A stretch of 63,037 nt of DNA, counting the filler, from Octopus bimaculoides (taxonomy: Eukaryota): NCBI RefSeq assembly GCF_001194135.2. It is 8 parts of 8 records of this genome, joined end to end, with 100 filler letters (N's around TTAATTAATTAA, not from the genome) between each part and the next. Parts side by side here need not be neighbours in the genome. Positions count along the whole stretch, not along the records: positions 47,257 to 57,398 come from NC_068981.1; positions 57,499 to 59,200 come from NW_026307783.1; positions 59,301 to 61,884 come from NC_068983.1; positions 61,985 to 63,037 come from NW_026336613.1; 4 more parts are not named here. One strand, 5' to 3'. Under the pieces are notes generated by a model that was not told the origin of the DNA, made no database searches, and saw only the letters and a list, made by a program, of their open reading frames with translations. A program made the position numbers and the translations under genes. Of this stretch, positions 52,480 through 63,037 are shown one piece after another (the stretch's first letter is position 1; each line of letters starts with the position of its first letter).

Positions 52480-53265
52480 AGAGATGAGGGACTATGTACA
52501 TTATTTATATTTGACGGATATTTGTCCTCATCTTGTTCCTAAGGTATTATTCGACTACGCCATGTGCCCGTGGGCAATTATGGAGTAAATTTTAGATCGT
52601 ATAAATCTAATATCTTCCTATCCTTTCGTAATACCGGTTCCCATATGCTACTCATACCTGCACTCGGACTGCTTAGGAGGTTGCTGTGTCCTAGCGTATG
52701 TGTTGCTTCTTTTAGCTTTCGTATTTTCCACTGGTGTTCTCTGTCTATTATTTTAACTTCATCCCACAGGGGATCAAGATCTGTGACAACTCCCTCTCTA
52801 TTTTCAGAGTTGGATCTTTCTTTTCTTGGATTTTTTTTAAAACGGGGGCCACATTTTTCATTAACGAAACACTTTGAAACTTGGAACACTGGTAGAATGT
52901 GTCATATAAAACATCTTTTTCTCTTAGTCTTCTTAAAAAAAAAAGAAATCCATAAGTTATTCCATGTTAAAGTTGTCGTATTTCTGTAATTTTAACCAAT
53001 CNNNNNNNNNNGAAATAAATTCGAATACAAAAATATTTTTCTGTTCTATAACACAAAATAGATAAGTATACGAAGTTTGAAAGTCTTTCCGTACCAAAAA
53101 CACTACGTAAAACATTAATGAAAAATGTGGCCCCCGTTTTAAAATAGATCCCTTTTCTTTGTTGTAGCTACCATCACTTATAAGACCTTCCAATTTTTCA
53201 GAGTAGTCAGACTTTTTCATCACCACTGTGGCATTTATATCTGTATTATTAATCAACCGACGATC
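52480..53265 (-). mobile_element. Internally deleted Penelope/Poseidon-type PLE interrupted by a MITE
   Basis: NATVVMKKSDYSEKLEGLISDGSY and KDPTLKIER (RT N-terminus) join directly to PLWDEVKIIDREHQWKIRKLKEA (GIY-YIG C-terminus). Confidence 0.75.
52835..53144. mobile_element. Unclassified MITE with perfect 30-bp terminal inverted repeats
   Basis: TTTTAAAACGGGGGCCACATTTTTCATTAA (52835-52864) is the exact reverse complement of 53115-53144. There is a 10-N gap inside. Confidence 0.65.
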
Positions 53266-53269
53266 GACT

Positions 53270-53530
53270 AAACACGACGAGCTGGCAGAATGTTCAGCAG
53301 CGTTTCGTCTGTCTTTATGTTCTGGTCGACTTTGGCTTTCAGCATTTCGGGGTTGATAGATAAAAACAGTCCCAGTTTAGCACTTGGGTCGATAGAAAGA
53401 AAAAACAGTACCAGTTTAGCACTGGGTTCGATAGAAAAAAACACTACCGGTTTAACACTGGGGTCGGTATTATGGACTTACCCCTCCCCTAAAATTGCTG
53501 ACCATGTGCTAAAATTTGAAGCCATTATTA
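53270..53530 (+). mobile_element. SINE family B copy with an internal triplication of about 36 bp
   Basis: CGAGCTGGCAGAATGTT head. Three GATAG(A)nCAGTACCAGTTTAGCACTGGGGTC units at 53355-53465. Confidence 0.8.
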
Positions 53531-53680
53531 ATCAATCGATCTATGCGTTCCTTATAGCCAACTCTTCTTCCGCTGGCATATTTTTCTCGTGATTAGGACG
53601 TTGGAATTTAAGAGTTAAGGACACTTCTAGTGTTAATGCGTTGCTTATCTATTCTGAGCTTTTATTGGTGTCTCCTCACA

Positions 53681-53755
<75 letters not shown>

Positions 53756-54884
53756 AATATGTATGTATTGTATATACAGTATATATACATACATACATAG
53801 AGAGATAGACGGACAGATAGGAATGAAAGATAGTATATAAGAGTGAAGTTATATATTAATTTTTGGAAAGTGATAACACCATTAATAGACTACTTTCAAT
53901 TTCTTTTCGATTATTTTTCCCTCTTCGGTTTTTATATGTCTTTTCTACCTCTTAAATTTCTCTCGCTTAAACTCACTCACTCACTCTCTATTGTTCAAAA
54001 ATATTAATTCTTCATCTCTTTTAAGTATCCCACTCTCTCCCGAGCTCTATTTTTTTTTTTTTTTTCATTTCTCACACTTGTGACTTAAACTTCAGCTCTT
54101 CTTCAATTCGACTACATATCTTTTTTGATTATAACTTTCGTAAATTTCATATATTCACCTACTCTACATTTAATTCTAATAGATATTTCTTTATAGGTAC
54201 ATTTTTTTTCTCTCCTGTTTTCTCTTCGTCTTATTCTCATCACTTTTTACTTATTTAATTTTTAGTTTTCTTCCGCAATTTCTTTGTTATTCTATCATTG
54301 AATTTCTTTCCCCCACCTATTTCGCCATTTTCTCTCTTCATAATATTTTCCTTATTGGTTTTTATTCTCGCGTCAGTTCTTTCCATTTTTCTATAATATT
54401 TTCACATTTCCCCACTTCATATTTCCATATATCAACCACCCACCCTCTGTCTATTTCCATTACAATTTCTTGTTTATTGCTTTAGATATCAAGTAATGTC
54501 GTTAACTGCAATGTAAACAAACGCTACCTTTTTTCTTCATTTTCTCCCAAGTTATCACAACAATAATCCAATTTTCGCAAAATCCCCAATCTACGAAGAC
54601 ATAAAATATTCTCGCATTGTCAGTAAGTCACTGTCTCATTGATATATAGCAGCCAGTTCCCTCGAGCATCGCATCATTTCGTCAACCACTATTTAGCCTT
54701 TCAATATATATATGTGTGTATGTGTGTGTGGTGTGTGTGTGTGTGTGGTGTGTGTGTGTGCGTGCGCGCGTGTGCGTGTGTGTGTATACGTATATATATG
54801 TATGCATGAATATACATGTATATACGTATCTGCATATATATATTCATATGTATGTATATATATCTATACACACACACACACACA

Positions 54885-54933
<49 letters not shown>

Positions 54934-55330
54934 GTATAATGTGTTCTTGATATTTTGCTATTTTTATTTATTTTATATTTCTTTTTCTTCTTTTACTGGA
55001 AGGCTCCAAACATTTAACTTGATGTTATTTCGCTGTCACATTAGAAATAAAGCTCTTCTAAAACTGTCCGTGTCCAGGCGCTGTCTTTGGAAACCATTGA
55101 CCTAAGCTGATAGAATCTGTAATTAAAATGAAAAGGACAGAAGGAAAGACGATATCTGTATTGATAGAATGAATATAAGACGTTTAGAACATTCTTGCTC
55201 TGGACTTACTAATCTGGTGAGTTTGAATCCTAAATATCTAATGTGCTCCTTGGGTGCGAGTGGGACTCGTTCAACTGGAAACAACTCAACAGCTCTTAGT
55301 AGCAGTCCTCCATATGAAAGAGAGAGAGAA

Positions 55331-55369
<39 letters not shown>

Positions 55370-55569
55370 GAGGACGGGAGAAAAAGAGAGAGAGAGCGCG
55401 TGTGTGTGTGCACACGTTTATGTCTGCTTCCGTGTGCGTGAATATTTGTGTATCTGTAATATTTGTAGGTGTATGTGTGTGTGCGTGCGTGACGTAAATG
55501 TATGACAGTCAATATCATCGAAAGAGGTCAAACAAGTTAATTAATATCAAGGTAGTTAAGGCTGACCGC

Positions 55570-56280
55570 TAGCAAGAAAATTGGTTGGTTGGTTGAAGAC
55601 TGGCTGGTTAGTTGCCCGGCTGGCTAGTTGGTTGCCCGGCTGGCTAGCTGGCTGGCTAGCTGGCTGGTTGGCTGTCTTGTTCTCTCGCTAGTTTCTCAGT
55701 TGGAGGAACGGATTGAAGGACAGATGAATGAATGGATGGATAGAAAGAAGTATGAAAGGAGAGATGAATGGATGAATGAATGGATGGATGGATGGATGGA
55801 CGGATAGATGGAGGGAAGGAAGGTCATGGGATGTTCAGGGAGATAGCTGTTTGGCATTGTGGTTAGCTGCCAGCAAGATAATTTGCTGGATGGCAGATGT
55901 ATGGGTTGGTGGTTGATTGCATTTGTGCCTGGATTCCTTCGTTAGCTGGTTTCTATCAAGTAAATAGATATATAACTGATGGGTGGATTGAAAGAGCAAC
56001 TAATAAGGTGGCGAATGAAATAGTTTGTTGAATTAGGACTGATTCAATGGCATGGATGCTGAAGGAGCAAACACTTGCTGTTTAGATAACCAGTAGATTT
56101 GCTAGTGGATGATATACAGAGAGCTAAGAAAAATATTGAGGTCTCCCTCTCTGTCTATCTGTTTCTCTCTCACGCTCGCTCGCTCCCTCCCTCGCTCCCT
56201 CCCTCCCTCACTCCCTCACTCACTCGCTCACTCACTCACTCACTCACTCACTCACTGACTTACTCACTCACTCACTCATC
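55570..56280. repeat. Cluster of degenerate tetranucleotide arrays (GGCT/GGTT, GGAT/GAAT, TCCC/ACTC)
   Basis: Direct observation. Confidence 0.8.
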
Positions 56281-56411
56281 CACTCTCTACATGTGCTATG
56301 ATTACAGGTCTCGGTAATCATGGATTTCCATACCAAAATCTGGAGATTTATGATTTTTCATGAGAAAGATACAGCAGTTGATCCCTGCTCCTTCTTCCAA
56401 TTTATTTAGAA

Positions 56412-57398
56412 CTAGCAGAAATACCCGGCGTTGCCCGGGTTAAAGAGAATAATGAAATCTAAAAACGCCGTCTAGACTACGCATCATCTTTATATATAGA
56501 GATGTATATACACACACGCACCCAAACACACGTATATATATGTATATCAATATAAATATATGAAAGTCAATGAAGTTTCGTAAAAGAAGGTGATCATGTA
56601 CATACTTTCTTGCTGTTGTGATTATAACACCTCGTTGTAAACAATGTTCCTTGTTTTCCCTTGTGGAGCATATACAAATAGGTTTTTTTGCTGCCCACTC
56701 TTGAGCAGCCAACATACAGTTGTCCATGTGAGAAGCAGGGCTCTTCCAAGAGAAGACCAGCTACAGACAGTGTTTGACCCTGAGATTTGTTTATGGACAT
56801 GGCAAAAGTCACACGAAGGGGGAATTGTAGTCTTCTGAATGTAAAAGGAATGTCTGCTCCTGATGGAGTAAGAGGAATTCTTGGAATAAAGACGTCATCC
56901 CCTTTTGCACATCCAGAAAGAATGGTAGCCTCGATAACATGTGACATCATTTTCTTTATCACGAGTCGTGTTCCATTGCAAAGTCTTGGTGGTCCCGGAT
57001 TGCGGAGCAGCATAACAGGCGTTCCAACATTAAGTGATAATATGTGGGGAGGTAGACCTGGAGGCTCCAACGAATTGAGAAATTCAGGAGGATAGTTCAC
57101 TACTTCATTTGTATTTGGAACTGTATCAACAGACTTGTAAGTTTGAAGATTGCCGGGAAGAGAATGCATCAGGTGTTGATTAATTTTTGTAACAGCTACG
57201 GTTTTTGGAGCTAATATTGCTCTTTCACATAGCCAATTGTGATTTTGGTAGTTTTGTTTAAAGTTGGGAAAGACTTTGTGTTTGAGGTCATCTACAGAAT
57301 TAACAACAGAACAAAATGGCCGGAGGTCTGCAACGAAATAATTTTACTCAACACTTTGCAAGTGAATCAGTGGAAGCAAAGATGCGTCTCATTTACTT
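56412..57398 (-). mobile_element. Helitron 3' portion (Pif1-like helicase, hairpin and CTAG end)
   Basis: WLCERAILAPK...EFLNSLEPPGLPPHILSLNVGTPVMLLRN...LCNGTRL...QFPLRVTFAMSINKSQGQTL...FSHGQLYVGCSRV. It ends CCCGGGCAACGCCGGG...CTAG followed by T, with a -1 frameshift near the C-terminus. Confidence 0.95.
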
Positions 57399-57498
57399 NN
57401 NNNNNNNNNNNNNNNNNNNNNNNNNNNNNNNNNNNNNNNNNNTTAATTAATTAANNNNNNNNNNNNNNNNNNNNNNNNNNNNNNNNNNNNNNNNNNNN

Positions 57499-59200
57499 AA
57501 CGATCGAACGAAAGAACGAAAGATTGAGCGAACGAACGTACGTGAGTAAGAACGAACGTACGTACGTGAGTACGAACGAACGTACGTGAGTACGAACGAA
57601 CGAACGAACGTACATTCGTAAGATCTAACGACCAAACGAACGAACGTACGCATGTACAAACGTAAGGACGAACGAACGAACGTACGTAGGAACGAACGAA
57701 CATGCGTAAGTACGTACGAAAGAACGATCGTACGTACGTAAGAACGAACGTTCTAACGATCGAACGAACGATCCAACGAACGAAAGAAAGAACGTACGTA
57801 CGTAATAACGTTCGTTTGATCGTACTGACGTATGTACGTTCTTTCTTTTATTCGTACGTTCGATTGTTCGTTCGTTCATTCGAACGAACTAACGAACGAA
57901 AGAACGAACGTACGCACGTAGAAACGTAAGAACGAACGAACGAACGTACGTAGGAACGAACGAACGTACATAAGTACGTACGAAAGTACGACCGAACGTA
58001 CGTATGTACGTACGTAGGAATGAACAACCGGACGTACGTACGTACGTACATACTATCGAAGGAACAAAAGAACGAACGAAAGAACGTACGAACGATCAAA
58101 CGAAAGAACGAAAAATTGAACGAACAAACGTACGTGAGTACGAACGAACGTACGTGAGTACGAACGAACGAACGTACGTTCGTACGATCTAAGGAACAAA
58201 CGAACGAAAGAAATAGCGACAAAACGAATGTACGTAAGTACGAATGAACGAACAGACGTACGTTCGTACGTACGCATGTTCGAACGAACGAACGAACTTA
58301 CGCGTAAGGACTAACGAACGAATGAACGGACGTAGGAACGAACGAACGTGCGTAAGTAAGTACGAATGAACGATCGTACGTACGTAAGAACGAACTATCT
58401 AACGAACGAACGATCGAACGAACGAACGAAAGAAAGAACGTACGTACGTAATAACGTTCGTTCGATCGTTCTTACTTACGTACGTACGTTCTTTCTTTTA
58501 TTCGTACGTTCGATTGTTCGTTCGTTCGCTCGTACGTACCTTCATTCGTTCGTTCGTTCGTTCGTACGTACGTACTTTCGTTCGTTCTTTTGTTCCTTCG
58601 AACGTACGTAATTACGAACGAACGAACGTACTTACGAACGTACGTAGGAACGAACGAATGAACGAACGAGCGAACGAACGAACGAATGAACGAACGAGCG
58701 AATGAACGAACGAACCATCGAAATAACGAACGTACGTAGGAATAACGAACGAAGGAAGGATCAAACGATGTAATGATAGAACGAAGGAACAGAAGAACGA
58801 ACGGACGAACGTACGTACGTACGAACGAACGAAAATTGAACGAACGAACATACGTACGTCCGAACGATCGAACGAAAGATTGAACGAACGCATGTACCTA
58901 TGTACGAAAGATAGAACGAACGAACGAAAGATTGAACAAACGACCGAACGTACGCACGTAGAAACGTAAGAACGAACGAACAAACGTACGTAGGAACGAA
59001 CGAACGCACATAAGTACGTAAGAACGAACGATCTAACGACCGAACGAACGTACGCACGTACAAACGTAAGGACGAACGAACGAACGTACGTAGGAACGAA
59101 AGAACGTGCGTAAGTACGTACGAAATAACGATCGTACGTACGTACGAACGAACGATCGAACGAACGAACGAAAGAAAGAACGTACGTACGTAATAACGTT
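57499..59200. repeat. CpG-rich (AACG/TACG)-based complex satellite with higher-order units
   Basis: The 31-mer GAAAGAAAGAACGTACGTACGTAATAACGTT recurs at 57782, 58428 and 59170. Local strand-flipped (TTCG) blocks are present. Confidence 0.9.
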
Positions 59201-59300
59201 NNNNNNNNNNNNNNNNNNNNNNNNNNNNNNNNNNNNNNNNNNNNTTAATTAATTAANNNNNNNNNNNNNNNNNNNNNNNNNNNNNNNNNNNNNNNNNNNN

Positions 59301-59847
59301 GCGTGGCTGTTGCCAGTACCTCCTAACTGGTCTTCGTGCTGGTGGCACATAAAAGCACCCACTACACTCTCTGAGTGGTTGGCGTTAGGAAGGGCATCCA
59401 GCTGTAGAAACTCTGCCAAATCAGACTGGAGCCTGGTGTTGCCATCCGGTTTCACCAGTCCTCAGTCAAATTGTCCAACCCATGCTAGCATGGAAAGCGG
59501 ACGTTAAACGATGATGATGATGATGATGATGATGAAAAGACATTCGAGTGAGTTTGTTGCCAGTACCGCTGGACTGGCTCCTGTGCAGGTGGCACGTAAA
59601 ATACACCATTTCGAGCGTGGCTGTTGCCAGTACCTCCTAACTGGTCTTCGTGCTGGTGGCACATAAAAGCACCCACTACACTCTCTGAGTGGTTGGTGTT
59701 AGGAAGGGCATCCAGCTGTAGAAACTCTGCCAAATCAGATTGGAGCCTGGTGTTGCCATCTGGTTCACCAGTCCTCAGTCAAATCGTCCAACCCATGCTA
59801 GCATGGAAAGCAGACGTTAAACGATGATGATGATGATGATGATGATG
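59301..59847 (+). mobile_element. Two tandem copies of SINE family C ((GAT)n tail)
   Basis: GTTGGCGTTAGGAAGGGCATCCAGCTGTAGAAACTCTGCC...CATGCTAGCATGGAAAGCGGACGTTAAAC(GAT)n occurs twice. Confidence 0.85.
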
Positions 59848-60235
59848 TATATAGAAGGCAAAATTCATTTTAGAACAATTTTGAAGGAAAAGTGGATAAT
59901 TCCATTCTTGAAAGTTAGGTTATGTTATTGTAATCTATAAAATTAAGAATATTTTAATGTTGGGTGTATAATGTGCAATAACTAAGTGGTAAATGTTGTC
60001 TAGAGCATAACCATAAACTGTAATTATTACAGGTAGTCAAATGGATCGGGGGGTGGGGTGGGGGCTAAAGTGTGTTACACTGAGTGCTTAATCCAATGAG
60101 GAGAAGACACTGCTAATTCAATAACAGAAACATGTTGCGATGCATACACCTTCACTTAAGAAGGTTAGCTCAGTTCTTCATTCTGATAAGGTTGTGTGTT
60201 CTTTCAGTTATACAGACCCTATGCATTTTTGACAC

Positions 60236-60403
60236 TATGAGGGTGTACTGAAAGGTTCCTGGTTTTTGGTAAAAGAAAATACAAAAGGATCAGTTAATTA
60301 TGATTTTATTCTCCTCTCAGCTTCACATAATTATTGCAGTGAACCTTTAGTTTTTTTTTTTTTTGTGTAGCCCTGTAAAAGAACTCTGATGGTTGAGCCT
60401 TCC
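60236..60403 (+). mobile_element. Probable mariner-type terminal fragment
   Basis: TA-TGAGGGTGTACTGAAAGGTTCC resembles TA-CGAGGG...AAAAG mariner termini. It is truncated by a SINE C tail. Confidence 0.4.
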
Positions 60404-60501
60404 GGAGCCTGGTGTTGCCATCCGGTTTCACCAGTCCTCAGTCAAATCGTCCAACCCATGCTAGCATGGAAAGCGGACGTTAAACGATGATGATGATGAT
60501 G

Positions 60502-60502
<1 letters not shown>
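60404..60502 (+). mobile_element. SINE family C, 3' fragment
   Basis: Near-identical to 59428-59530. Confidence 0.85.
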
Positions 60503-60532
<30 letters not shown>

Positions 60533-60559
60533 TATATATACATATATATATAGGGAGAA

Positions 60560-60750
60560 TTCGCAAAAAAACAAAAGACGAAGACAGGCGGTGTAGACAA
60601 CAAACAGATGTATTAGTATAATGCTCAGGAAGTGAAAAAGTCTTTAACGTTTTGAGCCTACGCTCTTCAACAGAAAGAAACACAGAAAGAAACAAGGAGA
60701 GAAAATAAAGAATGTGTAGTGGCAAGTGATCTATCATGGTAAATATGATA
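60560..60750 (-). mobile_element. Solo PLE terminal-repeat copy with a mutated hammerhead core
   Basis: Homologous to 48730-48880. The core reads TTGAAGAGCGTAGGCTCAAAACGTT, with C>T and G>A changes in core positions. Confidence 0.6.
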
Positions 60751-60919
60751 TATATATATATATAAGCACAATTAAAGGTTACAAACCTCATTCAAGGATA
60801 GCAAAATCGTATGAAAATACTGATTAATTACCTATAGAAAGAATATTGAACATTATATTTAATACTCAACTGCAAGGTAACTATATAAACCATGGTTTAT
60901 ATATATTAATTTATTATAA

Positions 60920-61286
60920 TAATAAGATGAGAAAAAAGAGAGGTAATTAATAAATTATTATCTATTAATTAAAAAATTGACAAATATCCCTTACAGCTAT
61001 TTCAATTCAGACCCTCAGAAAAAGAATTAATTAAATTAAAAATTATTTGTAAGTCGTGTCTCTTCAGAGGTAGATAAAGATATACAAAATAGCCGTTCAA
61101 TTCTGTATGTTGAGTAAACAGCTGCAAACCAGTAATCTTTGAAGAGATTCGACTTTCAAATAATTTCTGATTTAATTAATTAATTTTCTGAGGGTCTGAA
61201 TTGAAACAGCTGTTAGGGATGTTTGTCAATTTTTTAATTAATAAATAATAATTTATTAATTACCTCTTTATTTTCTCATCTTATTA
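60920..61286. repeat. 367-bp fold-back of two inverted arms of about 150 bp, each carrying an HHR-like motif
   Basis: 60920-61069 aligns to the reverse complement of about 61138-61286, for example AATTGACAAATATCCCTTACAGCTATTTCAATTCAGACCCTCAGAAAA versus its near-exact inverse. Confidence 0.85.
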
Positions 61287-61298
61287 CATGTGTGTGTG

Positions 61299-61346
<48 letters not shown>

Positions 61347-61432
61347 CATATATATATACATACATACATGCACATATATTTGTATNNNNNNNNNNATACA
61401 TACATACATACACATGCACATATATTTGTATG

Positions 61433-61464
<32 letters not shown>

Positions 61465-62109
61465 CGTATATATATAGACATACATTATTTTTGTTAAAGC
61501 AAAGAAACAAATATTAATATGTATGTATGTATGCATGTATGTATGTATGTGTGTGTATGTATGTATTAGTTACAGTATTCATTAGAATCAAGGTGTATTA
61601 AGACATAGAATGCCAGGACTGGCTAGGTATCATAACACTGATTTCATAGCAAGGTAAAAACAACCATATGGTGTCATGTGTTGGTATTATATTGCAGCTA
61701 TGTATATATACACATATCAAATCCAATACTAGGTATAGATCCAACTCAGAATTGATTCCAGTTGTATCAGAGGTATAGAAACAGGATCTAAAAAAACATG
61801 CTGAATATTTATTCATCGTTGTCATTTGGTGGACGGATGGGTCATCATCTAGGCATTACCTTGTCTGCTTATACCTATTTAAAANNNNNNNNNNNNNNNN
61901 NNNNNNNNNNNNNNNNNNNNNNNNNNNNTTAATTAATTAANNNNNNNNNNNNNNNNNNNNNNNNNNNNNNNNNNNNNNNNNNNNTATATATATATATATA
62001 TATATATATAGATAGATAGATAGATATATATGTACAAAGGTCTCTATAAATACGTATATTCATGTATATATATAGATATGTACAAACGTCTCTATAAATA
62101 CATATATTC

Positions 62110-62152
<43 letters not shown>

Positions 62153-62225
62153 AAACGGAATTACTTGTATAATATATGTATATCTATCTATCTATCTATC
62201 TNNNNNNNNNNTATCTATCTATCTG

Positions 62226-62304
<79 letters not shown>

Positions 62305-63037
62305 ATTTATCTATGTATATATATTTATATAATGGGCATTACTACAGAAAAATAATGCCACACACTAGACTTCCCAAAATAACCACATTTAGTACCGAAT
62401 GCGAGGAAAAACAACCAACAGAAGACGACCAACTTTCTTTTAAATAACTCAAATATGTATCGACCAATATATATATATATATATATATAATACAAGTAAT
62501 TCCGTTTACAAAATGATACCGATATACATACAAACTCGTAGATACTTATGTAGATTTATTAAATATATACATACATTTATGTTTATAGGACCATCTCTAT
62601 ATACGTAACTATATATGGACGCTAATGAGTATATATATACGCGAATGTATGACCCGAATATATAATACATTATGTATATAGTGCAAATATATATATATAT
62701 ATATATATATATAACCTTCTTTTCAAGGTGAGAAAAACTTCATAAACCGTTAACCAGAGCCTCAGGTAAACGTTAATGTGTGATGAATTGTTCCTGGAAA
62801 CTCAGAGTAGCAGATGATTTAGTTGTAAACGGCTATTGTATACATCTCGTATTCTAGTACAATATTCTGTAATTTTTGTTAACCTAAGTGCTTACTTGTG
62901 TGTGTATATTGATTTGTATATGTGAGTGTCGTTTGTGTATACATACATGTGTATGTGTATGTATATATACATATACACATCTATATAAAAATATGCTTTC
63001 AGTTTAGCATTCTGCCTTATTTTTCATTTTCCTATTA

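Noticed and set aside
57398-57499. Apparent linkage of the Helitron to the AACG satellite
   Set aside because: The two are separated by an artificial join linker, so adjacency cannot be trusted.
57443-59063. Overlapping RSFV/ERTN-repeat ORFs and a CRISPR-like appearance
   Set aside because: This is a tetranucleotide-based satellite open in many frames. It has no unique spacers and no cas genes.
61340-61440. Direct duplication either side of a 10-N gap
   Set aside because: This is typical of an unmerged contig overlap rather than a real tandem repeat.

Overview
AT-rich, microsatellite-dense animal genomic DNA with many assembly gaps. The SINE, LINE and microsatellite repertoire points to a coleoid cephalopod, most likely Octopus (inference, not confirmed by a search). 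I could not confidently identify any host protein-coding gene. The window is a collection of decayed mobile elements: at least four SINE families, RTE/BovB-type, CR1-group and R4/Dong-type LINE fragments, three different Penelope-like elements (PLEs), a Gypsy RNaseH/integrase remnant, Tc1/mariner and hAT remnants, and two near-identical Helitron 3' ends. The most interesting layer is a set of type-I hammerhead-ribozyme (HHR) motifs in at least four unrelated sequence contexts, each with a palindromic helix III (ACGU or ACAGCUGU). One sits at the 3' end of a GIY-YIG PLE, one flank is shared with a second PLE, and one pair forms a 367-bp fold-back. Also notable are a CR1-like LINE 3' tail shared with an abundant SINE, a bipartite non-autonomous RTE-like element, and a CpG-rich (AACG/TACG) satellite with higher-order units and strand flips. 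Caveat: seven 44N-TTAATTAATTAA-44N linkers look like artificial scaffold joins, so adjacency across them is unreliable.
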